Source: Klebsormidium nitens
Lineage: Eukaryota > Plantae > Klebsormidiophyceae
DNA length: 64,000 nucleotides
Reading direction: 5' to 3'
NCBI GenBank assembly: GCA_000708835.1
Contig: DF237266.1
Coordinates: 39,314-103,313, forward strand
Below are positions 14,530 through 27,900 of this stretch, in pieces (position 1 is the first letter of the stretch; every line of letters begins with the position of its first letter). A program made the translations under genes and the position numbers. A model generated the notes under the pieces. It was not told where the DNA came from, did not search any database, and worked only from the letters and a program-made list of their open reading frames with translations.

Positions 14530-14600
14530 GAAACTTTCACATACGCGGTTGTTTCATGAAACTTTCACATACGGTTGTTTCATCACACTGCAGTGTGATG
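14530..14600. repeat. Tandem duplication (28/26 bp) fused to a perfect 20-bp palindrome
   Basis: GAAACTTTCACATACGCGGTTGTTTCAT (14530-14557) plus GAAACTTTCACATACGGTTGTTTCAT (14558-14583); CATCACACTGCAGTGTGATG (14581-14600) is its own reverse complement. Confidence 0.9.
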
Positions 14601-14983
14601 CTTTGCATCGGTAATCCCATGCAGTAGTCATATGTTCATGCTCCGAGGTCGCGTTATCGTCTTATATAACAAGACATGCATCGATATACCTCGACTTATG
14701 TCATAAGGGTGGGAAGATGTCGGTCGAGGGCCGCCCTTGATACAACAGGCAATCACTCGTCTTTGCTGTCTGGCCAAATGTATCCTTTCACTTCACATTT
14801 TTAATCCAAGCAATTATCATTCCGCTCAGACCCATCGCGTGCGATAAATATCCCTACGAATCTACTGTCCGACATTACTCTCTACCCGGAAACATTCCCA
14901 CTCTTCGCTTCAGTCCTTTGCAATGCGCTGATCCCGCGGTCCTTTCGACGAGACATACTCTTGAGTACGCTCGCACGTGCTAT

Positions 14984-17900
14984 CTACGTATCGTATTGGC
15001 CCGGGCCTGGAGTGTCTGTCGGCATGTACACCAGTCTCTTCGCTTTGCCGAAACCCACGGCGGACGCGTTCCGCGCTCGTGAATTGATCTGGAAGCCCTG
15101 CAAAGCGAGAGTCCAGAATCGTTCTGTAAAGTCTGCTCTGGTGCACTGACGGCGCCGAAGGAAAAACTCGGCCGGTTGCAAACAACCAGCACTTGGCTTG
15201 CTTATTCCATCAATCTGACCATCTTGAGAATATGGTCAGGCCAGCCGTTGGATACATTGACCTTGCAAAAGTTGCTCGTCTTTTACGAGACGAGATTCCG
15301 TAGCAACCCGTATCTAGTTATCGTTGGTCCTCTTTCGTCGCTGGGTTCGAGGCGATTTGAGATTTTTGTTGATTGGACAAATTGAAAAACCATTTTTGCA
15401 TACTCCGACAGAGTGGTATTTGGTACAGCTTGCCCGCAACCGGAACACGTAGAACGGTTTGAAGAGGGAAGGAACCTCACAGCCGCAAGTTTGATTGGGG
15501 TAAGTCCTACACAGTCTTGAGATTACAAGCAGCATTACAGGAGACTCCTGAGGGGCAAACGCGTTACCGTCCGCCGTGCGTTGTCACAGGCTTGTGCCAC
15601 CGGTTACGCAGGACGGAAAGGAGTAGAGCCCGACAGGAAGGAGAGACTCAAAAACCCTTCTTCAGACAAACAAGAAACCTGGGCTCACCAGTGAAGACTT
15701 GGGATTGTTCGACGCCGGCCCCGGGCTGCACGTGCCGTACTGGCTCTTTTCATGCTCCGTCGAGATGAACATCTGCAAGCAAACACGAAGAGTCAGATAC
15801 GTCGAACGCGCTTCAAATACCTCGAACTGAACATATCACGTGTCAAGATGCTACGTTCGATGGCGGTAACAAGCCCTCGCCGCAACATTGTCTTGCACCC
15901 AGCCGATCCGTTCCCAAGACCTGCGCACTTGGTGGAAACCGTGGGGGCCCCAAATCGCCGGCGACCTCAAAACTGGATGCTCCAGTTGTCAAGTCGCCCG
16001 TCAGATCCCCAGATTACCAAAGCGCCCACTCACTTTCGCCCTTTGGTCCCGCTGCGAGCTTCCGAAGCTGAAGGCGGGCACGTTCTGCTTTTGCGTCTGG
16101 GGCTGCTTCCCTACCGACCCGATCGAGTTGTACTGCCCCGCGCCGGGCGTCTTCGCAGCGCGCTCTACGAACTCGTACTGTGAGGGGAAAAGAGCGGTGT
16201 GAAAGCTCTTACGAGGAGGGGAAGTGGGATACAACGAGGGAATGGGGTTTGATATTGCAGGGATGAAGTTGTGAGGTTTTGGAAGGTTCCTGAGAAGCAT
16301 TACGAAAAAGCGAAAAGGAGCGTGTGATTTTAGGAGCTATTGAAGAAAGAGCAGTATGCGAGCCGGTGCGGTCGGCAGGACAACTTAAAAAGCGAAGCGG
16401 AGCCGTACGAACGAAAGTGAAAGGTCCAACATTTGAAGCTAGCAACGGAGAATGATTTCGTGATACAGAAGATGTTACAAATGGTGACTCCGAAAGCTTC
16501 GCTCGTGACATACTAACGGATTCGACAACGGATGCCTTCTTGACAAGTTCGATCCTCAGACAAGTTCGGGCTCAGATGTCCAAATGGACTTTTGGTTCAT
16601 GAATGAGCTCGAAGCCATCTCAACGAAGTGCCATTTTACGAGACGAAATGAGCGGCGCTGCTGACCTTGAATCTACCGGCGGTGCCGAATTTCCAGCCGG
16701 GCGGGCTTTTGTGGTCTGATAGCGGCTGACTCCCGATGCTGGACATGGCGCTGTAGCTGCTGGGGCCGGGGGAGTCCTGCCCAAAGAACGACTGCCCACA
16801 CACAGCGTGCCACGCGTCAGCAACTTGAAATGTACAACGTGCCACGTGTCAGCGGCGCAAATGGACCTTGAGATTTTGAACACGTCGTGGGTACATTGCG
16901 CTAGCATCCGTATCATTTTCGAGAAATGCTTTGCACTCCCCCCCGTTCTCCCCATTTCCCCCGATATGACGTCACGGACGCACAAGACATGACGTTGGCA
17001 GAAGGGACCGACTTAGAAAGAGGAACGAGCAAGAACGCGTCTCGACCGCTGAAGCTGAAGCTGCTGAATCAGGAAATCTCATGCCTGACGACATGCTTCT
17101 GTTGCAGCAGCTGACGTCAGAGTCTGACGTTAGCATTTGCGGAGCTCGAGCGCGCACCTTGGAGAAGTCGGGTCCCATGAAGACCTTGGCCTGGTTGTCG
17201 CGTGTGCTGCTCCCGAAGCCGACCGACTCGGGGGACCTCAACCGGGAGTCGACCTGGGGGCCGATCGACGAAGATCCCTGGTACTGACCGGGCCCGGGGA
17301 CATCCCCCGCGGTGCGAGGCTGCATCAGAAAACAAACGGAAAGTCGATATATGCGGTTGGGGATGCGGGCAGAACGCCTCGGTGCGACCAGGCTTTTCTT
17401 TCTTTCGCGTGGAGAGGAGGAGACTTGTTGTTGACACTTCGCTGTTCTCATACCGGAACAGTGGACTTTTTAGCAGATTCAGCGATACAGAACCAAACGG
17501 TCAATGTGGCACAAAGCGAGCGGGTGTCCGAACGCGGATTGCGCAAGGTCGCCGTCCGAAGACCTGAAAGAGCTGCGCCGTGGGCCGCCTAGGGCGACCA
17601 GCAGAGGGCTTTGCTGCTCTTTTCTGCAAGCTGTCAAGAAACACAATCAAAAGCATCCCCTGCTTCGCTTTCCAGTGCTTTTGCTTTAGCTACAGTCTCT
17701 TGTTCTGACCTTTCGTTCTCCCGGTCATATACAGTACATCTACTTCTGTCGTACCGGTTGTGCTCCCGCAACTGTCGTCACGAAGGCTGCGCTAGCTTTG
17801 GCTTGATCCCGGCTGCGCAAACAATCTTTAAGCTAAGCAATCTGCTTCTGAGCTCCTGAACGAGCTTGCTTCCTCGCTTTCTCCCCGACCCATTTCGGCC

Positions 17901-19621
17901 AGGGTGAAGAAGCCCCGTCGCTGCACAAGAAGACATTTCTCTGGCCCTTGAAGGGAGTAGCTTCACCTCTCTTGCCTTTCCAAACCTCTTGGCACTCCCG
18001 AAGCTGACGTAAGTGGGCGACTCCTTATTGGACTCCAGCTGTCGGCCCAGCGACGACTTGACCTCGTACACAGGACCCGGGCTGTTGAGACCGACGGACG
18101 TCTTGGAGTGGTCCGAGTCGATGAACACCTGGAACAAACGGTAAGACGTAGTTAAGAGGAGTGCGTATGAGTTTTCATCTTTCTCAGTCGTTTGGACGAA
18201 AATGCTGGAGTCTTCGATGGATGCAATTGAATACCTGAGGGAAGACCAAAGTCCACGTTTGACGAGCTATGTTGAATAGATGTTTTGATAAGTTCAATCT
18301 ACCTGCGAGGAAGTCCGGAGGAGACAGAGGGCGTCAGCACAAGAACAAAGAGGGTGTGGGAGGTCGTGGGAGGCTCTTGGCAGAGGGACAACGTCAGGAT
18401 GATTCAGGGGCGAGCTACGAGAACGTCGCCGACTTACCTCAAGCTACTCGATGGCAACGGGACGAGAGCTGATCATACTCGCGGAGCACTAATATGTACT
18501 TTGTTCTTCTCAGAAAAATGTTCTGATTCGTAGAGTCGAGTGCCTCCTCAACTACGATCTAACTAGATAAGGATGAAGATCAACGCGCTCACCTTTGCTG
18601 CCGCAGCTCGGTCTGAGCTTCCAAAGACGAAAGTGGGGGCGTTCACTCTGGTCGACACCGGCTGCAATAATAGGCACAGACGAGTTCAGGTAGCGACTAA
18701 CTTCACGCTCCCTATTGAACATCATCACCGTTGGTGATGGATAACAACTAAAACTTGCTCTTACAGCTAAAAGCTGACAAACCCGTGGTGGTTCTGTGGT
18801 TACGTGAGGCGCACCCTGATGGGCAGTGCCACTTCATCAGAATCGTGGTTTTTTCGAGATCCTTTGGCCTACAAGACTTCAAACACTGTGATCGTCCTTT
18901 CAACCTGAATACTTTACGTGCTCGCTTCGCCTACTGCTGGTTATTGGTGAATGCTCCATCCATGCAGGCTCTTTGAATCCAGGGACTTTCAGCAGCCTAA
19001 GCTCAATCAAACTGATATAAGCTGATCGTCCCCTCAGCAAGCTGGAACATTGGCCCGTCCAGCTTATGCCAAGATCCTGATCAAGAGTCAAAGCATGACG
19101 AAGCAGATGGCGCCCTCTTAAGATGTATGTAGGAAACTCGCGCCCCGACTGCCACCTGATGAACACCTTATACACAATTTGAAGACCCTGGAACCCAAGC
19201 GTGCCCTGTTGGTCCTGCCCTAGCCAATTGCGAATGCTGATTGGCTGCCCTTGAGATTGGGAGGTTATGACTAAACTTTTTCTGACCCTAAAAGATGTAA
19301 AGAGTATGCAGAAGTGGCTTGTACAGAAGTTTTACTGCATTCGTTCCCTCATTCTGAATCGAATCTTTCGAAGAACCCCGCAGGTTGCCTACCAAAGAAA
19401 GACGGTCAGATAGTGGACTAGACATAGTTTCCCCAGGCACGTGCAGGGACTCTAAGCCAGAATGCTACTGGAATTTAAAGATGGAATCCAACCTGGGCTC
19501 CAAAAGTAGACTTCAGTCTACTCCTCTGAGCAGGGATTGGACTGGTTGACCGTGGTCTTGTCGGACTGTAATTGTGTTCCCTTGAGGGGGTGACAGAGCG
19601 GGCCCTCTCAGGGCTATCCAT
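14984..19621 (-). CDS. SHIPPO/ODF3 (CIMAP1)-like ciliary protein with PG-rich (S/T)PG(P/A)G repeats
   Basis: Spliced repeats: NAPTFVFGSSDR (18661-18594), VFIDSDHSKTSVGLNSPGPVYEVKSSLGRQ, DVPGPGQYQGSSSIGPQ, QDSPGPSSYSAMSSIGSQ, KTPGAGQYNSIGSVGKQ, TCSPGPASN, FGKAKR...TDTPGPGQYDT-stop (14984). The putative first exon MDSPER...STFGAQ starts at 19621 and joins in frame; the 5' end is less certain. Confidence 0.8.
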
Positions 19622-20794
19622 TTCTGCCCCCTACTTAGGTTGGCGCCTCCTTTTCTCAGCAAACGTTCTGTAGCCTCTGTTTTTCTAGCCAACCCTTGAT
19701 TGCTGGTTTTGCAGCAGGTGTCGAGTCGGACGATGGCCCCGCAAAGACTCGCCCCAAAGCAGAGCCTGATCCTATGCAGAAGTCACCAATCAATTCTGCT
19801 TTCCCTCTCATTAAGCAACGTGTCGTCCATGTGACTTCCAAGGTTCTCGTGCACCTTGAAGCTTCTCTTCATCTCTCTGCAACCTTCCATAAGCCTGCTC
19901 TCTTCATCCTGAAGCGTCGAGGTCTTAGGCCGGGGAAGGCCTCCAGTCAAATCATCAGAGGCGAAGCTTGTGCAATGTGCACGGATTTCTTTGCCCTTTG
20001 CTTACAATGTTGTAGCGCAAGAATGAAGCCTCCAAGCTGCATTCATTCTTGGCAGAGCCGCCGCGCTCAATACTGACATAAGATTCGGGCTTTGACTCTG
20101 AGCCTTTCGTTGTCAGATTCTGGATTTGCTGCCTTAAAGTTGGTCAACCATTTGAGAATATCGTGCAGCAGCCAGCTGTTCCAAACCCTAATTTTCTTTG
20201 TGGCGCTGGTGCGGGTTCCTGAACGCCAATGATTAGGAGCTCAGCAAGAGAACGCTCCCCTAAGGCTTTTGCTCGTCTCGGACCGTCGATCGTTTTCGCA
20301 GTGCTTGAGAATCGCCGATGCTGGATTTGGGCTCTACACTGCAAGAGACCTAAAAGCTGAACCCTTCGAAAGCTCCGTAGATCGATCAGACTATAATCTT
20401 AGTGAGTAGGTATGAGTTCGACGACGATAACATTCGAAACTTCTTGTTCTGAAGTGGGGGACGCCAATGAGAGAGACAAAGCAGCCCGAGGAAAACGGAG
20501 AATAGGTAGTACTTTCAGAAATTGAAGCAGTCACCACGCAGGAGCCATTGAACAAAGCTAGGCGCACTGCGGCAGCTCAGCTGGGGACGGAGGGCGCCAG
20601 GCTGACGTAAGGGCCAGGGTGGCCAAGCAGTTTTTGGGCAGTTTTCGGATACAATATTGCCTGGAATCTGCATGTATATGGTTGCTTGGTGCTAAGCTGA
20701 CGTGTCAATAAGGCCACCCTGTCTTTTGAGGTGTTGGTCGATATCTGCCCGCACTCTCGCAGCCTGTGCTGGTCAGCCGTTAATCCCAGCAGTC

Positions 20795-23571
20795 ATGAGT
20801 GCCAAGGCGGCCGCAGAGAAGGCGGTCAAGACCGTCAGGGGCATTGACTGGGGGCTTTTGGAAAGGCTTGTGAAGTCGGATGATGGCAGGAAAGAGTTGT
20901 TGACGCTCAGGAGAACAATTGACGAGACCCGGACGCAGCTTGATCTCTTCAGGAAAAGGGTGAGTTCCGGGCAGATCACACTGCGTTCAAGCCGACAACC
21001 TCACTAAAAGAAGAGCTGTGGAGATCTTCTTTTATTTTGTTTCTCTTATTTCTAGGCTGTCCTGGTGAGATTTTTGAATGGATCAAAGAGGATCTCATGG
21101 AACAATATGAAGTTTGGCTACAGACTTATGTATGCCAATTTCAAGCAGTGCTCTGTTACTGCTTGGCCTAGGGTTTGATTGTTTCGATCAGTCACGTAGG
21201 GGGTAAGTGCGTCTCTATCTTCCAATGGTTTTGAAAGCAGTGGCCCACCTGTTGATGTCATCATTACCACATGCATTGCAAGGAGGACTTGTTGGTCCTT
21301 TCTGTAGTGCTGGCGTGCCAAATGTGGTCCCAAAGTGGTTAATCTTTGGACAAAGAAACCGTTTGTCTGGCTTGCAATGCAGTCAATGTTGCTCAATTCA
21401 CAAGCATTGATGCAACCTTGAGAGCAGTGGAATCAGTCAGGGAAGTTCTGGCCTTCGCTCAACAAAAGATTGGCACAGTTGAGAATTGCAAGGGTGTATT
21501 CGAAGATGCATGTTGATCCTGGCAGCATTCGAGGTGGATTGCTCTGGCTGCCAGGCTTGTTCTCCTACTTTGGGAAGTTGTGTTACGTACTTAATCTGAT
21601 CAGGTGCTACTTGACTTCACAGTCAATGTGGACTGCTTACGGTCAGCAATCTGCGCATATTGCCTGGCTCTAATTCAATACTCTCTTGGGTCGCTGCATC
21701 CTGACCCACTGTGAACGGATTTCGTGTGATCACGGGTGTGCTTTCTGAAAAACAAGTAGAGCCCAAAATCTTGCAGTTTTTCTGCGTACCTGCGGGCCCG
21801 CCTTATTTTCTGCGCACCTCCGGGTAGAATTTTATTGTCTTCTTGGTGGTCAAGTCAAGCTCCTGGAATGTGTGCCTCAGGCATCTAGGAATTACAAAGA
21901 AGGGGCTTCCACACTGAAATCAACCTTCAGTTTGGAATGACGTCAAGCATAATACCCTGCTGCTAAATGTTATTAATCCGGCGCGCTAAGCCACTCTAAA
22001 GAGGTGTGCCTTGCTCGGGACTTGGTTCCCTGCAGATAAGTGCTTGGTTGTTTTTGTCTATCGCCAGACGTTTAACCAGTGTCCTTCTCACTTTCTTCAG
22101 AAACCAGTCAACATTGATTGGAACTACTACAAGGCGGAGCTGAACCCCGTGATGATTGATGAGTTCAAGGCCGCATATGAGGGTGAGCTGCTACTCTGCT
22201 GTAGCCTGTTGTTTGACAACGTGCCCTTCCATTTTTTTCGTCTTGCATATAGAAATTATCTAGGTTCAGCATATTGTTCGCTTGTCTCAAGCTTGCCAGG
22301 TGGAGCGCGATGCATTTCCTAGTCCCGGTTTATCATGGTATGAGCTGACTTACGAGCATGATTCTTTGCAGATGTCAAGATTGGCGAGTACAAGGAAACG
22401 CTCTCGCCCAAGTTTGAGCAGGACTACAAGGAGATGGTATGATTCCTTGAGTGTGGCTTTTTGTTGTTGTGTTGATCATGTGGTTGACAAGTTTTCCTCA
22501 GTTGCCCATCAAAAGATGGTTGCTCTGATCAGCGATGTGGAGCTCAAATTTGTTACAAGAGGCTTGCCCAAGAGCACTCTGTGTAACGCATCTGCCTTTT
22601 GTTGATTAGGTTGCTAAATGCTGCTAAGCTATTTACTCAGAAACAAGCTTTGTCAGGTGTCTGGAAAACTTTCTGCGCTGGTCTTCAACGAAGCTCTGCC
22701 ATCCAAACCTGTGTCCTCTTTTTGGAAGACCTCATCTGTCTCAGTATACGGTCCTTGCTACCAGATTGTCTGTCCAGTATGGATTGGATCTGTTTCGGCA
22801 TCTGATTGCCCGACGTTCTGGATAAAAGTAGGGCCAGCAGCGGGAAGGTGCAGTTCATCTGTACTTTGTGTTAAGGTAACTTGCAACAAACTGCTCCTGA
22901 TTGTTAGTAGTTCGCCTTGCATGATTCCAGGTGACGAAGGCTGCTGAAGCAGCAAAGGAGGCTAAAGTGGAAGCCGCCAAGTTGGAAGCTGAAGCAAAGG
23001 AGCTCGAGAAGCAAAAGGTGACAAATGTTCCAGTGGATACTGATGGACTATCATTCGGGACCGATGACTCATTTGAAGTTTCGTTGTGTGAAGTCGGTCG
23101 AATGAAATGGATGGTTCTTTTTGCAGAGAAGGCGCGCCAGTGCAAGGATCACTGTGGATGCTGCTATTCTTTGCCGAATTGTAAGAACCTATAAAGGGAA
23201 GCACTTTTGAAAGGAGCCCCACAATCAATCGTTACATACATGACAGCAGGCGGTGCCGTAAATTGTAAATCTGTCCTGTTGGATGTTGCTGCAAATGAAA
23301 GCAATTGCTAAAGGGCTCTGTTTTAATTGATAAATTCAAGTTTGTGTCTTGTGGTTTATTGCTTCTTTCGCTTTCCCCTCCCCCTTCTTTTTGCGGTTTC
23401 CCCTCTTTGCTTTACCATCCAGATTCCTAAGGTGAAAACGGGATATCTGTCTCAATGCAGGCTGCCCTCAAGACCCTCACGGCTGACGAGTACTTCAAGT
23501 CCCACCCTCAAGTCCTAGAGCAGATTGATGACGAAATCCGACAAGGAATCTGGGGGCCCTCCAAGGAGTAG
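20795..23571 (+). CDS. ATPQ: Mitochondrial ATP synthase subunit d
   Basis: Exons: MSAKAAAEKAVKTVRGIDWGLLERLVKSDDGRKELLTLRRTIDE, KPVNIDWNYYKAELNPVMIDEFKAAYE, VKIGEYKETLSPKFEQDYKEM, VTKAAEAAKEAKVEAAKLEAEAKELEKQK, AALKTLTADEYFKSHPQVLEQIDDEIRQGIWGPSKE-stop (TAG 23569-23571). Typical plant subunit d. Confidence 0.93.
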
Positions 23572-24675
23572 GTTGTGTAACAGATTGTCTGATCAGATCT
23601 AGCATCATTGACTGCGCCGTACGCTCTATGCGACTTTCAAGTCCCTCTTTCTATTCTGTGAACAGCGGTTGGCGGTATTCTGCACTACATGTGGTCCGCA
23701 TGCTACCTGTGCCCTTGCCGGCCAACTCGTGTAAGCCTTGATGTATCATAGTTACGAGCTTCAGATCCCTGCATTTTCAACGTCGCACCTGTGAAGTTCT
23801 TAATCAAGTTGCACAAAACTCCTGTGGTTGTGCGGCTTGGCCTGCTATCTTCACCTCATGACAGTTCGACGTTTCGAGAGGCTCAAATATGTACGGGCAT
23901 GATCAAAGTGCATTCACGGAGCTAGTTGATTGATACTGCGTAATATTTAACTGTTGCGAACCTGGTCGCAAGAGTGCTGTACCTGAAGCAACCCAAGCTC
24001 CCCCCCCCCAATTACACAATTCGTAACCGGGTGCCAGGTGCGCGGCCAGTGGCGGTGTCCTTGGATTTCTCCGCACATGTGTGCGCAAAGTCACTTCCAG
24101 TGCACGTTGTGCGAAACGTTACGCTGTATAGAGCTAGCTTGTGCTAGCCAAAACACGTGGAACATCATGTGAATTAAGGTGCCCGCATCATTAGGGTTTG
24201 CATACCTTGTTGGACATGACTCGTAGCCGTAGCAAGTTGCGGAGTCAAAAAACAAATTCCCAGCCGCGCCGGAAACCGTGCTCCACGCCGGGCCACATGG
24301 CGGCTAAGGGCGTTAATAAATTGGAAACGTTACCATCATGCAGCGATGCGATATATGCATTTGAGATGGGTACTAATGTAACCGATAAGCTCTGTACGCT
24401 TCCGTGTCAAAACACGTCCATGCAAAGCTAGACTCAGCTAGATAGGTGCATGCTGGCACATGCAGCAATCGAGAAGCTTACCATGAACCGATCTCTGATC
24501 CATCAAAATACAGGATTGAAAAAAGTAATATGTACTACAAAACGCTGTCGCATGCGAGAGCCCTGCCAAGCAACTGAAATTACATTTTCTCAAGTGCCGA
24601 TGGCTGTCGGACCCCTGAAAATGCCAAGAACGAGTCTATCTATGTGCAGCATTTTTTTGCGAACAACTTGGCTTT

Positions 24676-24713
24676 ATGCCGTACCGTACCTATAATGCCG
24701 TACTGTACCTATC
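24676..24713. repeat. 19-bp imperfect tandem duplication
   Basis: ATGCCGTACCGTACCTATA followed by ATGCCGTACTGTACCTATC. Confidence 0.8.
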
Positions 24714-24948
24714 AGTCTATACAAGAGCAACCTGGAGGAGACATACCAAGTTTAGAGAAGAAGCTTGCGCTAGCACTTGCAATTTGCCTTCCTACTATTG
24801 CGTGTTTACCTGCAAATCGGGCCGCGAAACATAGCAATATGATGCTGTTAAGATTATCTGTAGAGCTTTTCTTATTGTCTAAACGGCACCGGAGTGCACT
24901 GTCCTCGATTGCAAGCCATTTAGGATAGCGGGCCTGGAGTTGGCCGGG

Positions 24949-27900
24949 CTATTGCAGCAACGGCGTCACCAGGTCCCCCGACTTGTGCACTGCCTGCTTC
25001 CGGCCCTTCAACTCGCCCTTGGCAGCTTTGGAGAAATACTCGCAAACGGCCTCCATCGACAGCCCCTTGGTCTCCGGCACCAGCACGTAGACGAAGGCAT
25101 ACGCCGCTGCATGGCAACAAGCACAATTGGCCCAGTCCTTCTTGAACAAGCTCACAGGCCCCTCGGGACCTACATCTGGAAATCTTGATTGAAGACTCCT
25201 TCTCCGACCAATTGGCCAAAATTGGACAACATTTTGCAATCCAACGAAGACCTATCGCCACCTCGTTTGCTTGCGGAGCAGCCAAGCATTGCAGATGAAC
25301 CCCACAACGGACAGGATGCAAAACACCACTATTACGACAATGCAATGAAATTCCAATCTGAACCGCCCAGCACAGCAATCGAGCGCTTGCAAACACCAAG
25401 TTGGCCTTACTTGCGCAGATGGCAGAATAGATGCCGAAGACGGACGGTAGGCCGATGGCCACTTTCAGGATAGGGAAGGACTGGCTGACGACGAAGTTGA
25501 AGAACCACTGAGCAGCGATGGAGATGCCGATGCAGACGCCACGGACGCGGGTGGGGAAGATCTCTGCGTAAAGAGGATCGAAAATGCATCACTTGATTCT
25601 CCAAGGAAAAGAAGGAATCAGGGCACCGGGTCAGCCGTCAGCGTGTCTCGATTTTGTGGGCAACTCGAGGGTGGCCCGTTAACTTCTCTCCAATCCTCAA
25701 ATCTTAATGTGAAGCCACGTCTCTGCACACGAAGCGTAGTAGACATATCAGTGTTTGCATTCCCACCACGTTGCGCAGCTAATGTGTCTTCTCGATCCTC
25801 CTGTGTATCTTTGTGGGGATTGCTTTAGGCAAACAGACCCAAAGGCTGCCACGCCAACGAGCAACGAGCCAGCCTGGCATCAAAGGAACAAATCCAGCCA
25901 GCCGAACACAACGACCTCGTTACCCGCAGAACAACCCCCTCGCTCGCTTCCACTCACCTGAGCACAGCGTCGTAGGCACCGGCCCCAACCCCATAACAAA
26001 CGCGCAGCAGTATACCGCGATGCTGCACACCGCCAGCCCCGCCCGGAGGTTCCCCGCCGGGAGCAGCCCGGTCGAGACCGCCAGCACGGCAACGGAGATT
26101 GTAAGCACGGGGATAGTGCCCAGGAGCAGGGTCCGCCGGCCGGAGCTGTCCATGAGCACCATGGCGCGCAGAATGGCGGGGATCATGACGACGTAGGTGA
26201 GGCCCGTGGCGAGGATGGACGCGGACTCGGGGCCGACGCCGAGCGCGTGCTCGAAGAAGGCGCCCACGCCCGCGTCCTTGAGGATGGTGGGCGTGAAGTA
26301 CAGCACGGCGTTGATGCCGCACAGCTGCGCACGAAGCGGGCGGTAGGGGGTCATTCGGCGGTTTCAGCGCTGAGTGAATCGGGCGTTTGATGTTTTGTCT
26401 AGGGTGGCTGTGTAAGGATTTGCAGGATGATTGTTTTCAGAAACTTGAAACGGTCCTTCTTAGCCCTTGTATCCAGAGGCTTGATAAAGTCCTTCATAGA
26501 CCGGACTACGGCCGCATGTGAAGCCGGACGTCATCTGGAAAATGCTCCTTAGGCAGCGACTGCCATAATATTCTCTCATGTACCCCTTGAACTAGCTTCG
26601 TAAAGAAGTGAATCCACAGATGGCTAGAAGGCCCCTCTGGGAATACGCAACCTTCCCTAAGGTCAAAGAAGCTCCGCACAATACATCTCAAAAGTAAATC
26701 ACACGAACGCACGTGGCGAACGAGCACTTGAGGAGCCGCCACGCACCTGCTGGAACGCCTGCAGGCCGACGCCGACGAGCAGCGCGCGCTGCACCCCGGG
26801 CTCGAACAGGTCCGTCCCCAGGTCCGGCTCCGTGTCCAGCACTTCCGCCGGAACCGCGGCCGCCGCGGTCGGGCCCAGCTTCTGCAGCAGCACCTCCTGG
26901 TCGTGTGAATCCACTCCGAGCACGAGCGTATTCTCACCGACCGCTATGGCTTCGACAACCTCGATATTCTGGCCGGTTTTGAGGTCGGGGAGAAGCGGGG
27001 TGTCGTCGGTCGCGGTGTCCAGCCCGTGGTGGTGCGCCGCGCCGGTCTCGCACTCCTTGCAGTGGAACTCGTCGTCGGGGGGGGCTTCGGAGAGGGGGGG
27101 TTTGAGGTCCTCGGCGGAGACGTCTTGCTCGACGGCCAGGTCGGAGTAGCTGGGAACCTGCGAAGGCGGGGAAGAAGAAGGAAATGGTCAGCAAGAAAGG
27201 AAAAGCTAGGAAGCTTATAACCAGGAGCGAGACGGCAAGTCGCTGTGGGATTGAGGGAAGGACCAGCATGCCTCCCTTTGAAGCGCCCAACGTTGTGCAT
27301 TGATGAATTACAACAAGGTTTCGGAACGCTCTGGAAAATCGATGTTCCAACGACCCAAGAAGAAGCATCGTTAAAAGTCCAGCTGCCACCCCTCTCCAAT
27401 AATAGTCGATGAGCACGGGATTTTCACGGTGCGACTTGTGTCGAAAGTTGCATGATGAAACGAACCGGATGTTGAACGCTTGCACCAACCTGTGCACAGC
27501 AAGACCGACGCCAAGCGCCGAAGCTTATGGAGATTCACATACGCAGAAAGAGCGCTAACTCTCATCTCTTTCGCAGGTCTATGGGCGCAGACAAGAACAC
27601 AAAGTGTTGAACGTTGTGATGCTGCCTACCTGGTGCACCACGACGGTTGGCAGCTTGTTGAGCTTGTCCGCCACGTCACCCCGCACGGCCTGCGACTTGG
27701 CCTGCAGCAGCTCCGACAGCTGGCGCGCTGCGGGCGCGGGCGCGTCGGGCGCATCTCGCGCGCTGTCCTGTCGAGACAGCGGCTTCTTCTCCGGCCGCGG
27801 GAGGCCTGGCGTCTCTTTTCCGGACTTTTGGGGCGTGATCTTCTGAGGCGTGTCTCGGCCGGAGTCGGCGGGAGAGTCGCGGAAGCGCCTGGAGGCGGTC

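Noticed and set aside
14243-14738. Possible second hAT element (TAGGGCGGC ... GCCGCCCTT)
   Set aside because: Only an 8-bp inverted match, and the flanks share no target-site duplication.
14780-14788. GTATCCTTT, a U12-type 5' splice-site consensus
   Set aside because: It lies in an intergenic island with no upstream exon and no convincing U12 branch site.
18325-18342. Degenerate copy of the MITE TIR (CAGAGGGCGTCAGCACAA)
   Set aside because: No matching opposite TIR or TSD within the same intron; probably chance.
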